This document shows, in pieces, positions 46,401 through 60,599 of a stretch of 64,000 bases of DNA. How positions within the stretch are numbered: the first letter of the stretch is position 1; each line of letters starts with the position of its first letter. The position numbers and the translations under genes were made by a program. The notes beneath the pieces were generated by a model. It worked only from the letters and a program-made list of their open reading frames with translations, made no database searches and had not been told where the DNA came from. Source of the DNA: Monocercomonoides exilis PA203 (lineage: Eukaryota; Protista; Preaxostyla); NCBI GenBank assembly GCA_001643675.2, contig LSRY02000004.1, positions 868,001 through 932,000 of the forward strand, in the 5' to 3' direction.

Positions 46401-49400
46401 TCAGCTCTCTATCTTCACCTCTTTTGCCTCTGGCGCTTTCACCCCGAAACCAAAGGGAAATAACATGAACAGACACGCTTCTTATTCAAGCATCCCCACA
46501 AATTCGGCTTTGATGGGATCAAATGAAGACAATGCCATTTCATCCAGTACTGTTCCAGGTTCTTCTTCTTCTTCTGCCATTGACGGCTCTTCATTGCCAC
46601 TCGGCAATAAAAACCCTTCCTTTGGTTTGCTTCCCAAATCTGTTCCTCCTCCCTTTGCCTCTTCGTATGAGCAGGACATTATGGCGAAGAAACACGTGCC
46701 TTCACTCAACAAACTCTCATATTTGGTTTCAAAGGAACCAAGAACTGTATCAAAAGTACTGGCAGCATATACGTTTGGCTCTGGAATGGCTCAGCCTTCT
46801 TCGTCTTCGTCATCATCATCCTCCTCCTCTGCTCCTTCATCCTCTCCCTCATCTTCTTCCTCCTCATCATCAGCATTATCAGCCCATCCCTCCATCACCC
46901 CCTCTCCGCCCTTGGCCACACCGCACAACGACCTCTCCCACAACACATCTGGTGCTAACAAATCACTCCTCTCTCTCCAGCTGGACTTGAAAGACCTCCC
47001 CTCTGCCCTCACCTTAATCCTCTGCAAGTTCTATCTCCACCGCCTCTCCCGCACCTTCTGCACGTCTGACAGCATCGAAGCTATGCGTGTGGCTCTTGTT
47101 GAGCTCGAAGTCATTTATTCGCTCGACCCGCCACAGCGTGGGCTTATCAGAGGGCAGAACTCTCTGCGCCGTTTTCTCGCACTCAGAAACAGGATGCCCC
47201 CTCTGACAGAAGAAGAAGCTGAACTAGCGCTTCAAAAAAAATGGATGTTGGCAGAAGAGGCGATGAGGAAGTCACTTACGGCGCAGCTGAAGGACTCTGT
47301 GAAGAAGAAAGGGTGTGGCGGAAGAAAGAAGGATTATTCAGACAAAAAGGGGACATATTCTGTGAAGCACAGTGCGAGGGGCAAAGGCACATTCAGCACG
47401 CTCTCCAGCATCAACGCCACCACCACCATCAACAACTACCAGATGGGCACGATAACTTCGCTGGGGACAAGCGGAAGCGGAGGTTATCTTGACGGCACGT
47501 GGAAGTCGGGGGACAATAACTCCACCGTTCCGCAACCGGATGCTGGGCAGACGGTGATGTTTGACCAATCTCCAGTTGTTTCTCAGCTGCGTCTTCCGAA
47601 AGGGATGGCGAATCTGAGCTATGCCCCTTTCATTCAGAAGGTGTTTGTGTCCTCTTTCTTTCCCAATGAAGTGGAGGCGCTGGAAGAGCTGTCGATTGAC
47701 GAGATTATCTTCTGTGACCGCACAACGTGGGGCAAAGTGACTGACTCGTTGAAAACAGACGGATGGCGCAAGACGTCCACATACATGCTGTCTTCATTTG
47801 TGGGAGGGAGGCCAACTGATTGGATTCTGAAGACATTTCCAGGGAATGCAGCGACTCTTACCACAGCTGGCGGATATGGTGGATATGGTAGTGGAAGCGG
47901 AGGTGGGGGTGGGGGTGGCGGAGGAAGTGGAGGCATAGGAGGCACAGAGATGGGAATGAGCATCCCTTCGAACTGCTCTTCGCCTGGTGCCACATCGTAT
48001 CCTCCTCTGTCTCCACCAAACTTGCAGGGAAGTCCCAGTGTGGGTGAGGAACAAGCGCTGAACGACAACTACCGCAATGTCCAAGCAGACCCGTTGAGAT
48101 CAAAGGAGTTGATGCTAACATCTTCCCAGGGCAATGCAGAGGCGATGCAGAAGTTTCCGTCAATGGAGGCACTTGAGAGCGATCAGAACTGCAACAGCAA
48201 CTGCAATCTAAAGACTGAGCTGGAGACAATATCGTCTACACAGGCGAGGCTTTCAGAGAAATACGATCTGGAAGCGTTGATAGAAGAATTTCCCTCGTCT
48301 GTTCTGGACATCATACACCCAACATTCACCCAGCTGAAGCACATCCACCCATCTCGCACTTTCAACATCAGCATCCCTGCATCCAACATGCGCTTAGCAC
48401 CCACTTCTTTCTCTCTGCTTCTTTCTCTCCTGTCGCTCCTCAACCGCAACATGTCTGGCGTGGTCACAGCTTTTGTGGCTGAATGGATATTCTCAGCGAA
48501 TCCGTCTGCGAAATTGCAGCACTCCACATTCACCATCCCTTCTTCGCGAGCCTCTTTTTTGCAACAGCAACAGCAACAACAACAACAACAGCTTTCACAG
48601 CGCTATGTCATTTCTCCGACTCTTCTCTACTCTAAACTGCAGAACCACATGTGGATATGCGATGTGCTGGGCTCGCATCTTGCTCTGCCATACACTTCGC
48701 AGTCTGCCCTTGTGTTTGACAAGATCAAAGAATACGAACACGAGCTGCTGATGGTGTCTCTCGCCGCCAATTTGTTCAACGCACAGAACTTCTTCTGGTC
48801 CTTCACTGAGGCATATCTTTCACCTTATTATTTTCCACAGGCAGGCAATGCTAACAATTCTTCCAGTAATCCTCAGCCTTCTGCTGCCAGCTCACCCACT
48901 GTCAGCACTATACAGATGCCTGCCTCTGTCATCAACGAATCCAACAATTACTATCATTCTCATCATAAAACATCGCATCAGCAACAACAACAACAGATAC
49001 AGCAGCAGCAACAGCAGCAGTTTCAAGGTGCTGGCTTAGCTGGTTCCAATAGCTATCCACCAAATCCTACTTCAGATGCCTCTCTTCCTCCGCTTTCTCC
49101 CCTCTCCCCTCTTTCCAATGTTCCAACTCCAACTGCTTCTCCAAATTTCCCTTCGGTTTCGTCGCCTTATGCACATCGCACCTCATTCCAGGGACATAAC
49201 CCACATCCTGAATATTCTTCCTCCTCATCGTCATCTTCTTCTTCTTCTTCTTATTCAGGAACTGATTGTGATAGAGGAGAAAACAATACCCAACAGAATA
49301 ACAATAACAACAGTAATAATCGTCCTTCATATGATCCAGCCGAAGATATTCTTCTTCCTTTGTCTCCTCCTCCTTTCTCTCCATACACTGAGATCCTGCC

Positions 49401-52400
49401 TCCAATGTCACCTGCCCTTCCTTCCATTCAAATGCCTGCTCATCAGATGCCTTTAACTCTTCCCCCATCAACCACTGCTCCTCTGTCAGTGAGTCAAACA
49501 TCTTCGCCAGGAAATGAAAAATTGTCTCCTGTTTCATCTTCATCGTCGTCTTCTTCGTCTTCGTCTTTCACATTGGCCGCATCATCGTCTTCATCAGCTT
49601 TCTCTTCATCATCATCATCCTCTTTTTCTTCTTCTTCAGCTTCTTCTGCTTCTTCCTCTTCATCTTCATTTCAGCCTTCATCGAATGCTCTTTCTGATGC
49701 CCAGACTGCTCTTCTATCTCCCACTCATTCATCACACGACATGTCATCTTCGCTTTTCTCTCCAAAAATGCGAAGAATTGCCTATCCTTTGAATGAGAAC
49801 AAGCAACAAAACGCCGCTTTTTATAACTCAACTGCATCAGTCACTTCGTCTCCTTCATCTCAGTCACCTCTCTCTTCCCCATCTCAAACGGCTTCTGTTG
49901 CTTCTTCCTCATCTTCAACGTCATCATCTTCTTCTTCTTCCATGTCACCAAATTCTGCCCCTCACCCTTCAAAATCCAGCCATCCACCGAACAACACCTC
50001 CACAGCCCTAGCTGTTCAAACTGCCCCCTTCGTCTTGCCCACTCTTCCCTTCCGCCCATCCGATGCTGCCTTCAAACTGGGCAACTCTGTCATCATCCCT
50101 CTCCTCACTCCAAAACACATCAGCACCACGTCTGCCACCAGCGGCGGGACAACCGGCATTTCACAGAACATGGCGACATCTGCTCCTCCTAACTGGCCTC
50201 TGTTTATGGCAGAGACGGTGCTGTCATTTGTGATTTTGAGCTATCTTTCATTGCTGACTGGCTGGGGCGTGTGGGCTGAAGGAGCAGAAGGGTTTTATAA
50301 GTCGCTGTATAAACTGGATGAAAAGAAGACATGGAGAAAGAGAAGGAAGGAGAGAAAAGAGAAAGAGAAAAAGGAAAAAGAAAGGAAAGAAGCAGAAAAC
50401 CAAAAAGGAAACAGCTCATTCCTTGTGCATGACCCAATCAAAGGGAAGCTTGTTCCAATTCCTCAGCACTTGACAGCATTCCGTATGACTCCCTTTGGCC
50501 CCTGGATCTCCAATCCTCCCCCTCAAATGTGCACAACACGCTCAATCGAGAGGAACATGATCGCTTCTCCGCTGCGCTCGTTGTCTCCTCATTTGAACAC
50601 TGACAGAAGCGTCGCTTCAATTGACAGCAGCGGCAGCAACTTGGACTCGTCCCCTCAGGAGCTGATGCCGCTGACACAGTACAGAATTGCCATGTCTTAT
50701 CTCTACACTATTTCCCCACATCCGGCTGCCTGTGCCTTTCGTGGCGTGAGCTTTGAGAAGCGCTTCCACGAGATCAACTTCAATGGAGCACTGCAAATTG
50801 CACTGGACATTCGATACTTCCTCATTCTGATCACTCGTGTGTGCAATGTGTCTGTTAGAGTGTTGTTGGGAACAGTTAGATCTATTCGTGTGCCTGTGAT
50901 GCTTCAAGCGATGCAGCGGTTGTTGCTGATTTTGGCAGGGTGTGGGAATGCAACAGCAGATGATATTGATGAAAATGGAGGTGATGGTGTTGGAAGTGGT
51001 GATGAAAAAAATGCAAGAGTTAATGAAGATGAAATTGGAAGTTCTGCAAATTTGAACAAAACAAAAGAGAAAAACATTAGTGCTGATAGTCTTCAAAGCG
51101 CAAGTGGAAGCAGCGGTTCATTGCCTCCAGTTATTGATGAACAGGGCCGAAAGAGGAAAAATGAAGGAGCTTCAGAAAGCAACGCTACTCTGAAAGCGAA
51201 GGAAAGCTACAGGCGAAAGATCAATCTGAAGGGAATCAACATGCATGAGATGAGTGATGTTGCTATTGGTGAACGCAAGCTGAGCCGCAGGCGTGTACCA
51301 GATAGTGAGATAGGCAGTGCGTGGGGAGAGTATGCGCAGATGAGGCTGGCAACACATAGAAGGATGGAGATGACACTGCGCATGCTGGGATCCGACCTTC
51401 CAACAGCGCCGATGCTGCCGTGGTACAAAGCGATGCGACTGACGCGGACAATCTCGGCTGTTGCAGTAGAAGAAGACGAATCAGACAGAAGCCCAGGAAT
51501 GTCTGTGAAGAGCGAGGCAGAGAAGAGAGAGAGGAGCGAAAGCGAAGAAGGAAGCAAGAAAAGATCGCGCAATTCTCCACAGCCACGTTTTGCCTCTCCT
51601 CCTAGGTTCAATCCATCATCGAGGTTTATGGCAGATCCACATCCAGTCTTGTCGTGTGTCATCCCAATCTGCGATGAAGAGAGTGCAAAGGGAATACTGT
51701 CCTATCCAATGCTTCCCAACTCTCCCAATCTGTCGCCTTCGCAACGGAGCCTGAGCCAAGAAATGAGCAAACAAGGGCTGCTTGGCCACTCACCATCAAC
51801 ATCGTCTTCTTCGATGCTGACGATGACTGAGCTTGACTCAGCGTTTGATTGGGCATCTCTGCATTCTCCGCTCTACACACCACATTCATCACATCTGCCA
51901 GCAACAAACAAATCACTTTCAATGGGAAATAGCAAGACACCTAGAAGTGGTTCAGACATAAATTCAAAAGGGAATAAATTGAAAAATGAGCCAAAGTCAG
52001 CGAGAAGAAGCAGGACACATCTCACAAAGGAGGAAAGAGAGAAAAGGCAAATGTTTGACAAGAACATTGCACCACATCTGAAGGAAACAGAAGAAAAGAT
52101 GAATGAGCGGAAGAGAAGAGAAAGAAGGAGAAGAAGAAGAGATTCGAATGAACCACGCAGAAGACACAGAAGAGGAGGCAAAGAGAAAGGGCGAAGTCGC
52201 GTGATGGTTGTGAAGAGGAAAGGAACGTCCCATCAGTTACATCCTGACAGCTCCTCAGAAACAATCCATCCATCTAATTCACAGCAGCAGTTCCGCCCAT
52301 TCTCGCCCACAATGCCAATGATGATGCAGGCTCCGTTCTCTCCAACGATGGGATATCAGATGTTTCCTCCACCATCACTGCCACAAACATCGTTACAAAA

Positions 52401-55400
52401 ACCATCCATAACTTTCAATGCACTCCAAATGAATGAGGACAGCGCATTTTCGAAACATCCATCTTTGGCAAACGATGGCAACCAGCAGCCGGCAGGGACA
52501 GTGTGTGGATTGTCAACCATCAGATCTGTCAGTCAACAGGAAGAGTTCCATCCGAATTCTGTGATGACTGATTTCATCCCGCCTCGCAAAGGGACAAGCA
52601 GAGACGGAGCATCAGATAACAATCAGGATGGAAATATGCTTCAGCAGCCAGGATCTGCTGTACCATCAATCAGCGAGCACAAAGTTGGCAGTTCTTCTTC
52701 GCTTTCTGCGGCGCCTCCTCGTCTTGGCCCAACTTATCTCAACACTCCTCAGCGAACTTCGGCCACTTCTCTTGTCTCTTCAGTATCTGCATCCAATCAG
52801 ATGCTTCCACTTACTCCTTCCACACAATTCCCTCTTTTAACCACACCAACATCGCCATCTACTGACAGTGGAATTTTCAATGCATCGACTGCTTCGATGC
52901 CTGCACCTGAGCCGCTGTCGATGCAGTCAATGGAAATGGCTCATGCAAGCTCTGTACAAGAACTCCACAATCACTCACAGAAAAGCTCACTGAACAATTC
53001 GTGGGTTAAAGCTGGACGCACAACAAACGGAGAACAAGGGTGTGATGAAAGAAGGATGCTGAAGAAGAAAAAGAAGAAGGCATCAAATGGAAATGAAGAG
53101 GATGCAGATGATTCAGATAGCTATCAGTCTGATACAGCAAGATCATCAACACAATCAGAGTCAGATGATTTAGAGCACAAAGACAGACATAGAAGAGATA
53201 CTTTGCCAAACGACACGACAAAAGGGAAAGTTCCAACTTTATCGACAAATACGCTGGAATCATTACAGCCAATTGAACAGGAAAACACTGCGCTTGCTAG
53301 TGGAATGCCGCTCTCACCCACAACAGAAGCTGAAATGCATCTGAGGCAGCTTGCAGACACTGAGACATTCTTCTATCCTTTGCAGCAAGAGCCATCACAG
53401 AAAATGGCAAGCGACAGAAAGTATGCTGGCAACGAAGCACGTGCACAGACAAAGAATCACGAGTATGCCACAATGACTGCAGAATCACCACTGCGAAATG
53501 ACTCACAGAACCAGCACAGGAACTCACTCATCACCTTTTCGCAGTCTGTTGACTCTTCCATCGTGAGGCGTGGGCGATCTTCTTCTCAAAGCTCCAATCC
53601 CGCTTTGCCAAAATATGAGGCGAATTCGCAAGTGCAGCCAGCTGCAAGCCAATCTTCAACTGCTTCACATATTAAATCAGGAAAACGCACAATTAAGAGC
53701 TCACATACAGTTGATGCGACAAATATGCAGTTACAGAATAATATTCACATTTCTCCTGTCAGCTCTTCATCATCATTTGAAGGTGAAGTTACTCCAAAGT
53801 CTGTTCATTTTGATCAAAGTGCCGAACTTTCTTCGCATTCTTCGCAAAGAATATCATCTCTATCTGCTGAACGACTGCAAGGCTCAAACCAATCACGCTC
53901 AGCTTCCTCTCTTCCACCGCTTGCTCCGTCTCTTGTACCACAAGAAGCAACACTGACATCTCCCTCACATTCAATGGCTGTTCTGCCCACTTTGCAGGAG
54001 AATCCATCAAAGCCATACAATGAGTCAAGTGCTGAACTTCCTCCTCTAAATGGCTATTCACACAGATATGCTCAAGTACACCCCCGCCAGGGAAATGCAT
54101 CTCTGATGCTTCCTCGTTCCAATCAATCTCCTCAAAACACATCGGTCCGACCAGCCCTGAAAAGGAGAACTGCCTTGCTGGATGCAATTCAGCGGTCGAT
54201 GACTGGGCTTCTTGCACCTCTCACGCCAGCCACGACAACACTACCACATGCGACTAATGCATGGGGTGAAGATGGAGGAGGAGCTGGTGATGATCGGGGA
54301 ATGCATGCTACTTGGGGCAGTGGAGATGCACAAGACAGAGGAAGGATGGATGGAATGGGACTGGAGGAGATAGTGGCGAGGGGATTGCAGACTTCGAGAG
54401 AAGACGAATGGGCAGAAGAAAAAGAAGACTCAGAAATAGAAGATGAACTTCCAGAAGAAGAGGAAGAGGAAGAAGAAAGCAGCTCTCTCTCAGACATGGA
54501 CAGATCTGACATATCGTACCAGAGAACACGCAGTGCTTCGTGTACGTCGTGTGGATCTTCTTATTATACTCGCAGCTCTCGAGCTTCATATTCAAGTCGT
54601 TGCTCTTCTGCTTCTGATTACTCCAATGGCATGCATTCAAGATCAGTTTCAACGTCTTCTTCGTTCCAGTATTCAGTTTCGCAAAGTGCTTCAACAACAT
54701 CGCAATCTCCACCTCCTTCTTCCAGACAAGCTATTGGCAACATCATGAATCATCATACAGATAAAGCAGAACACAATCAAATAGACGTTCCAGACAGAGC
54801 AAATTCTCTCTTTTCTCCGACTCCATATGACAATGGAAATCTGGCCTATCATTCTTCTTCCAGTCAGTTCAATGCGCCATCAAAGAACCAAGAAGGAGCA
54901 GATTATCCACCAAAAGGATTGAGCAAGCAGCGATCACGGAGAGCTTCAGAAATCAATTCGGTGAGTCGAGATGCAGAATACATGAGCAGCAGCCAGCTCA
55001 AAATACAGCAAAGGAGTAACTCAATTGAACTTGGGAGGATTAAAGCTAGCCATTCTCACAAATTTGCTGATGGTCACCAGTCAGAGTCAGATGCTTCGTC
55101 GCACTTCAACAGCAACACTTATTCTTCAAATGAAGAACAGAAGAGAGAAGTGACCGCTCAATTAAAACATGATGTTGGAGCTGGAAATACTGTTGGTGAT
55201 GAGGGGTTGTCAGAATTGCCGTTGGAGACTCTTCAAATTGTTAATTCCAAAGGAAGGATTGTTCCGTCTCCACACTCCATTTCTCATCAGAAAGTGGAAG
55301 AAGAACCATTACCTCTCTCTTCATCTGATAGAGACCATATTTCTGGTAATCTCCCTTCAAATGTTGTGGGAGGAGCTCAGCAGTTTCACAGTGATTACTC

Positions 55401-56898
55401 CATCAATGCGTCTCCAGAAGGCTACGACGAATACTCAGCGACTCATGCTGCACGTTCCATCCAGCAGGCTCATTCAGAGAATATGTCTGGAATAAGAACA
55501 AGCACAGCAGGCTCAATGGGCACAAGTGATGATTATTCTGCATTTAACTCAACTTCTGAAACATTTTCTCAGCCAGATGCGTTGCAACAGAATAAAATGT
55601 ATACCAGTATGCAGCAAAGTGGGCAAAGTCCGCTGTTTCCTTCAGCACATTCTTCCTCCTTAACAATTGAGAATTCACAGACGAATTCTCAAACAGACTC
55701 ACCTTTGGCGAATCGAAAAACACAAAATGCATTGCCGTTCCAGCTGCACTCGCTTCCTTCTTCGTCAATGATAACTGAGTCATCTTCACTTGCTCTATCA
55801 ACTTCACAGAGAGGAACTGAAGATGTGTCGAAAAGGCTCTCTGGCCCATCATCTCTTAATAGCTCTTTAACTGCACAGCAAAGTCATCAAGCTCAAGCGC
55901 AGACTGGTGATTTCAGTCCGCTAATGAATTCGACTTCGACTTCATATCCGCAAAGGCAAGGGGATCTTTCAGCAGATCGTCAGGCTGCATCTCAAACAGC
56001 GGAGTTTTCTGCATCTGCAGCAGGTGCATTCACTGCAACGCATTTACAGGCTCCTGGACAAGCATATTCCACGTCTGGAGATTTTATTTTGAATGCTGCA
56101 CAGCAGGCACACACACCGTATTCACCGCCAAAATCGCCGTTTAATAACTCTGTTGCATCACCTTCTCTCTCTCCTCATTCAAGCACAAACAGCGATTTTG
56201 AGCCAGCTTCTTCTCAGGGAGAGCTTCAGAGCAACAATGAAACGCACAGTCATAAACACACAGAGAAAGACAGTGGCGAAGTCAGGCATCGACATCACCG
56301 GTCGAATTCTCAGGAGAGACGAAAGAGGACACAGCACAAACATGGGCGTGTTAATCAAAAGGATAAATCCAAAGATGATTTACGAAGAACGAGTGATACT
56401 CAAAGAGTTGAAGTGGATGAAGAGGAAAATGAAAGAGATGCCGGCGAAATTGTGGAGCAAAATGAAGAAGAAGCTGATGAAGGAGTCATCACAACAAGCG
56501 CAAGAAATGCAAGCAATGAGAGAATTCACAAAGTTCGAAAAGCGAAAAGAGATGAATCAAAATCGGGTGGACTTGTGTCGTTTTTCCGAAAACTGTTCTG
56601 CATGTCAACTTCTCGCAGTACTTCCACTCATTCTTCTGATAGCGAAGGCGAAGGCAATGCTGATTATAAACAGAGTAAAGAAAACAGAAAAAGTGGGAAA
56701 AACAAAAAGAAGACAGGATTTTGCAGTTGCTGTGGAGGTGATGGTGGTGGAAGTGAAAGCGATAATTTGAGTGAAGTAAACGCTCAAAAGACTACAAAAA
56801 GGCTTCAAACAAAAGAGGAACTTGAAGAAAAGAAACGATTAGCAATTTGGCTCTTTGCTGAAATTGAGCGTTTGTGGTGGTTAAATGAAATTAATTAA
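40468..56898 (+). CDS. Giant Ser/Pro/Gln-rich protein, ~5,373 aa; exons 40468-40543, 40606-40674, 40724-40790, 40853-40920, 40979-41037, 41116-56898
   Basis: Five short GT-AG introns join five small exons (339 nt total) in frame with the 5248-aa ORF: MNRILFEHPMMKSFNQRLQDTAFSYAFINTFRDIYKELLDPE...AAFFGVVNQALHPGENALLSS. The exact start codon is uncertain. Confidence 0.8.
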
Positions 56899-57545
56899 AT
56901 TTCTTTTATCTCAAGCAATGGTACATTTATGTGCTAGCAATTTTTCTTTTTTAATTTTCATTTATCTTTCTTAAGAATTTAAATTTCATATTAAAAGTTG
57001 ATGTGATTTATGTTATATTTTATTTCTGGTTAAGCGTATTTTATTATTAAAAAAACTTCCAGATGGCTTCATTTTTTAATTTATATTTTTAATTATGTTA
57101 AGAATGTGTATTTATCAGCTTTTTTTTTTTTATTTGTCAATTTTTTTGTCAAATAACTTTATATATTTGTTTTTTTATCATTTTGTTTCCATTAATTTTT
57201 GAATATTACAATTTATGAAACTTTTTTATTTCAGAATTTTTATAATTATGCAAAGAGTTTCTCAAATTTGAGTCACTCAAGTTTCGTTTCGAGATCTATG
57301 TTTTGTTTTATTGAAATTCTTTCACATTTTGCAACATTCGTTTTTAATTATTACAAGGAAAGAGTGACATATATGTACTCATTACAAATTTAAAAACTAA
57401 CTTTTTGTTCAATTTATTGTTCATCGAAATCAGTTTTGTTTTAAGTGTCAAAAACGAGAAATTGAATAGTTGAAAAAAGATAATGATATAATTTTGAAAT
57501 TTAAAAGGATGATCCTTTTCGAACTCTTTTTTTCAATCTTAGAAT

Positions 57546-57597
57546 GTTTTTTTTCTTTTTTTTTTCTTTTTTCTTTTTTTTTTTTTTTTTTTTTTTT
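57546..57597 (+). repeat. Poly-T/TTTTC tract
   Basis: Directly visible. Confidence 0.85.
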
Positions 57598-57831
57598 CCT
57601 GATGGGAAGAAGAAATTTTGGCATAATGAAACAATATGGAATAAAAGGAAAATGAAAATAAACCTCACTCGATGAAAACACATTGTTTATTGTTTGCATT
57701 TGTGCAAGAAATTCTGTACGGAAACTTCTTATTGATAAAATAAAAAATCAAGAAAAATCTATTGATTTCACATATTTATGGGTTTTGATAAAAAAATTTT
57801 TTTTAGCAAATACTAGCGGAAAATAAGGATC

Positions 57832-58850
57832 TTGGTATTTCAAAGTGAAATAAGCTCTTATACAACAAGGGTGTGGCGTGGAGCTGGCAATTGGAGAAAG
57901 TTTTGTACAACGAAGTTCAGAAATGATGATATCATAGAATACAAAAAAGATGTTCCACTGTTTTCACTAATTACAGATACTGGAAATGAACCAAATACCT
58001 TGAAAGAAAATCAGTTCGTCATGAAACCATATTAGCGAATATTCAATAATACAAACAAATCAGCTTTGTTGATTTGCTTGTATTATTGTGTGAGAACACC
58101 AATAAACACAATTTCTTCTTTGCTCGGAATTTCTCAAAAGACGGCGGGTTTTTGGTGCAGTGTTGCGTTCGTGTGTTGTACGAAAAAGTGGAATGATAAA
58201 CAACAAACAATCAAAGGCCCTGGAATAACTGTTGAAATCGACGAAGCTGTCTGATGGAAGAGAAAATATGGTTTAGGAATGAGAAAAGATTATGTTCGGA
58301 TATTTGGAGGAGCGAAGCGTCTCGACGGGGAAGGAGTGGGCAAAAGATTTTTGAAATTTGTCTATAATTTAACCAAGAAAACATTATTTCCATTGATTCA
58401 GCGTTTTATTTTGCCCGGAACGACCATTATCTCAGACGAATGGAAAGTAAACGCTTCGTTGGAAGAACTGGGCTATCTGCATTTAACAATCTGCCACAAA
58501 AGAAACTTAGTCAATTTGGTAACAAGAGCTTTCATAAACACAATAGAAGGATTATGTTCTCTTTTGTAATTATCTCTTTTGCTGTTTTGAACCAGGAAGA
58601 AGTATATTTTGGATCATATTACCTTGTTTTAGGACAAAGCCTCACCAAACAATCATATGAAGACCTATTCAAAAAAAAAAAAATTGCAGTACACACAAAG
58701 CAGAAAAAGAAATGAAAAAAGTTGAAGAAGCAGAAGAAATTGATGAAAAATTTCCATTTTTTTATGATATCATTCCCAACGAAGATGAATTGTTAGGAGA
58801 TGATGATTAAGGAGCTGGAGACAATGAAAGCGCTTTAGAATATACACCAT
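57832..58850 (+). pseudogene. Decayed Merlin / ISXO2-IS1595-family DDE transposase
   Basis: ORFs 57832, 58066 and 58279 share one frame broken by stops ending at 58035, 58254 and 58569. Motifs GPGITVEIDE, KRKY.LG, IFGG.KR, TL.PLI.RFILPGTTIISDEW, H.TI.H, NTIEG, followed by an acidic tail. Confidence 0.9.
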
Positions 58851-60099
58851 AGAAGATGAATTTTTTGATTAGCATTTCAAACATCTTTTGATCATGAAAA
58901 ATGAATAATTCAAATAATTGATAATCTTTATTTTTTAATATTTAAAACGCATTTCCGCACATTTTTAACATGTCACATGTTCATGAAACAATATTTTCTA
59001 TGTCTGTATTGCGTTATTTGTGAAGTTTGTAAATTATATATTAAACAATGATACCGAAATTTTTATTATTTCTACACACATTTGGGTCGATATTATTGAA
59101 ATAAAGACTTTTTTCGAGATGAAGATTATTACGATTATTAATAATAAAAAAAATATTAGCATTGTATTGTGATATTTATTTCATTTGTGTTAAAAAACAA
59201 ATGTTAAATGAAAAAGGAAAACAAAGATGTTTCTCACAAAGGTTTTCATTTTTCTATGTGTATAATCAAATATTCAAAACAAAATTATAAAATGGTTTAA
59301 TTTTCACTTTTTTGATAAGTACCTTTTGAATATTTTTCAAAAAAAAAAGAAAATTTATTATTTGGGTAATTCTTTTTGAAAAGTCGCAAATGTTCAATTT
59401 TCAAGTCAATCAAAATATTCAAATTTTGCTCAAATTTCTGTTTCCACTCACGAATCTTTTAAAGAATGAATGTAATAGCATCATCAAAAGATAGTTTCCA
59501 TGTCAGTGAAGTTTGGCGTATGTTAACAAAAATTTGATGAAAATATGAAATTTTTGTTTTATTTGAAAATTTAACAAAAGGAAGTTTTCGAATAAAATTT
59601 AACTTTTAATACAGTTTTGACCAGATATCATTGCATCGAAAAAAATCGCGTTCATATATTGTCACATTTTTCGATGCACCGACATTTTTGGCCACTTTTT
59701 TGTTCATTTTTCATCGCATATAATCACAGGGCTAAATATATATAATCACATTTTATATTATTATGAGTGCTTTTTTCAATGAAAAATCGATTTTTTGATC
59801 AAAAATTTTTATTTTACGCTTTGTCAAAAATATTCTCAAATAAGTCAAAGTTATATGCATTGATGCAAAAAAGTTAATTTCGCAAGTGAAAAATGCGTTT
59901 TGATGAAGAATTTCCAAAAATCAAAAAATCAACACAAAATTAATTATAACAAATATTAATTTTTTTATTTTTCTATGTAAATCTGCATCGTATAGAATCA
60001 CAATCGGATATAGTCACAAAAAGTTGTGCAAAAACAGATGTGATTATCTACGGTTTTGACTGTAATGTCATTTTGATGAACATTAAGCATGGAATAAAT

Positions 60100-60370
60100 G
60101 GGCGATAATTTTTGTAATCATAACTTTTTTTGGAATGTTGATTTTTTGAATGTTTCATCACAAATCAAATGAATTTTTCATTCAAATGAAAAAAGAAAGA
60201 TAACTGTAAAAAAGACAATGTTTCGGTTGATTATAAAAAAAAAATCACATATGAAAGGAGAAATTTCTTTTCAGTGTTCATTTATCAACATTCAATGAAA
60301 ATTAACATATTGAAATTTTAAGATTGAAAAAAAATGAATTCATAAATAATAACTCAAATGATAGAAAAAA
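60100..60370 (+). repeat. Old AT-rich dispersed repeat (see 18760-19030)
   Basis: Collinear anchors as above. Confidence 0.65.
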
Positions 60371-60599
60371 ATATAATTTTCGTCGATTTTCGGTTAGCGT
60401 TGAAATATCTGGATGCTCAAAATGGTTTAAAAATTTTGACAGAATGAATTTATGAGTGATTGGATAATATGTTTGTTTATAACAGAAAACGAAAACAACT
60501 TGGAATGATTTCGTCTTTCCAAAAACAATATGGGCTCAAACTATTGTGAAATATATTTTTGACAATCGAAAATAGTGTTGCAATAACTTTAGAAGCACA

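Noticed and set aside
57400-59200. TIRs and TSD around the Merlin transposase relic
   Set aside because: No convincing inverted pair or match to the 14093 terminus found by eye.
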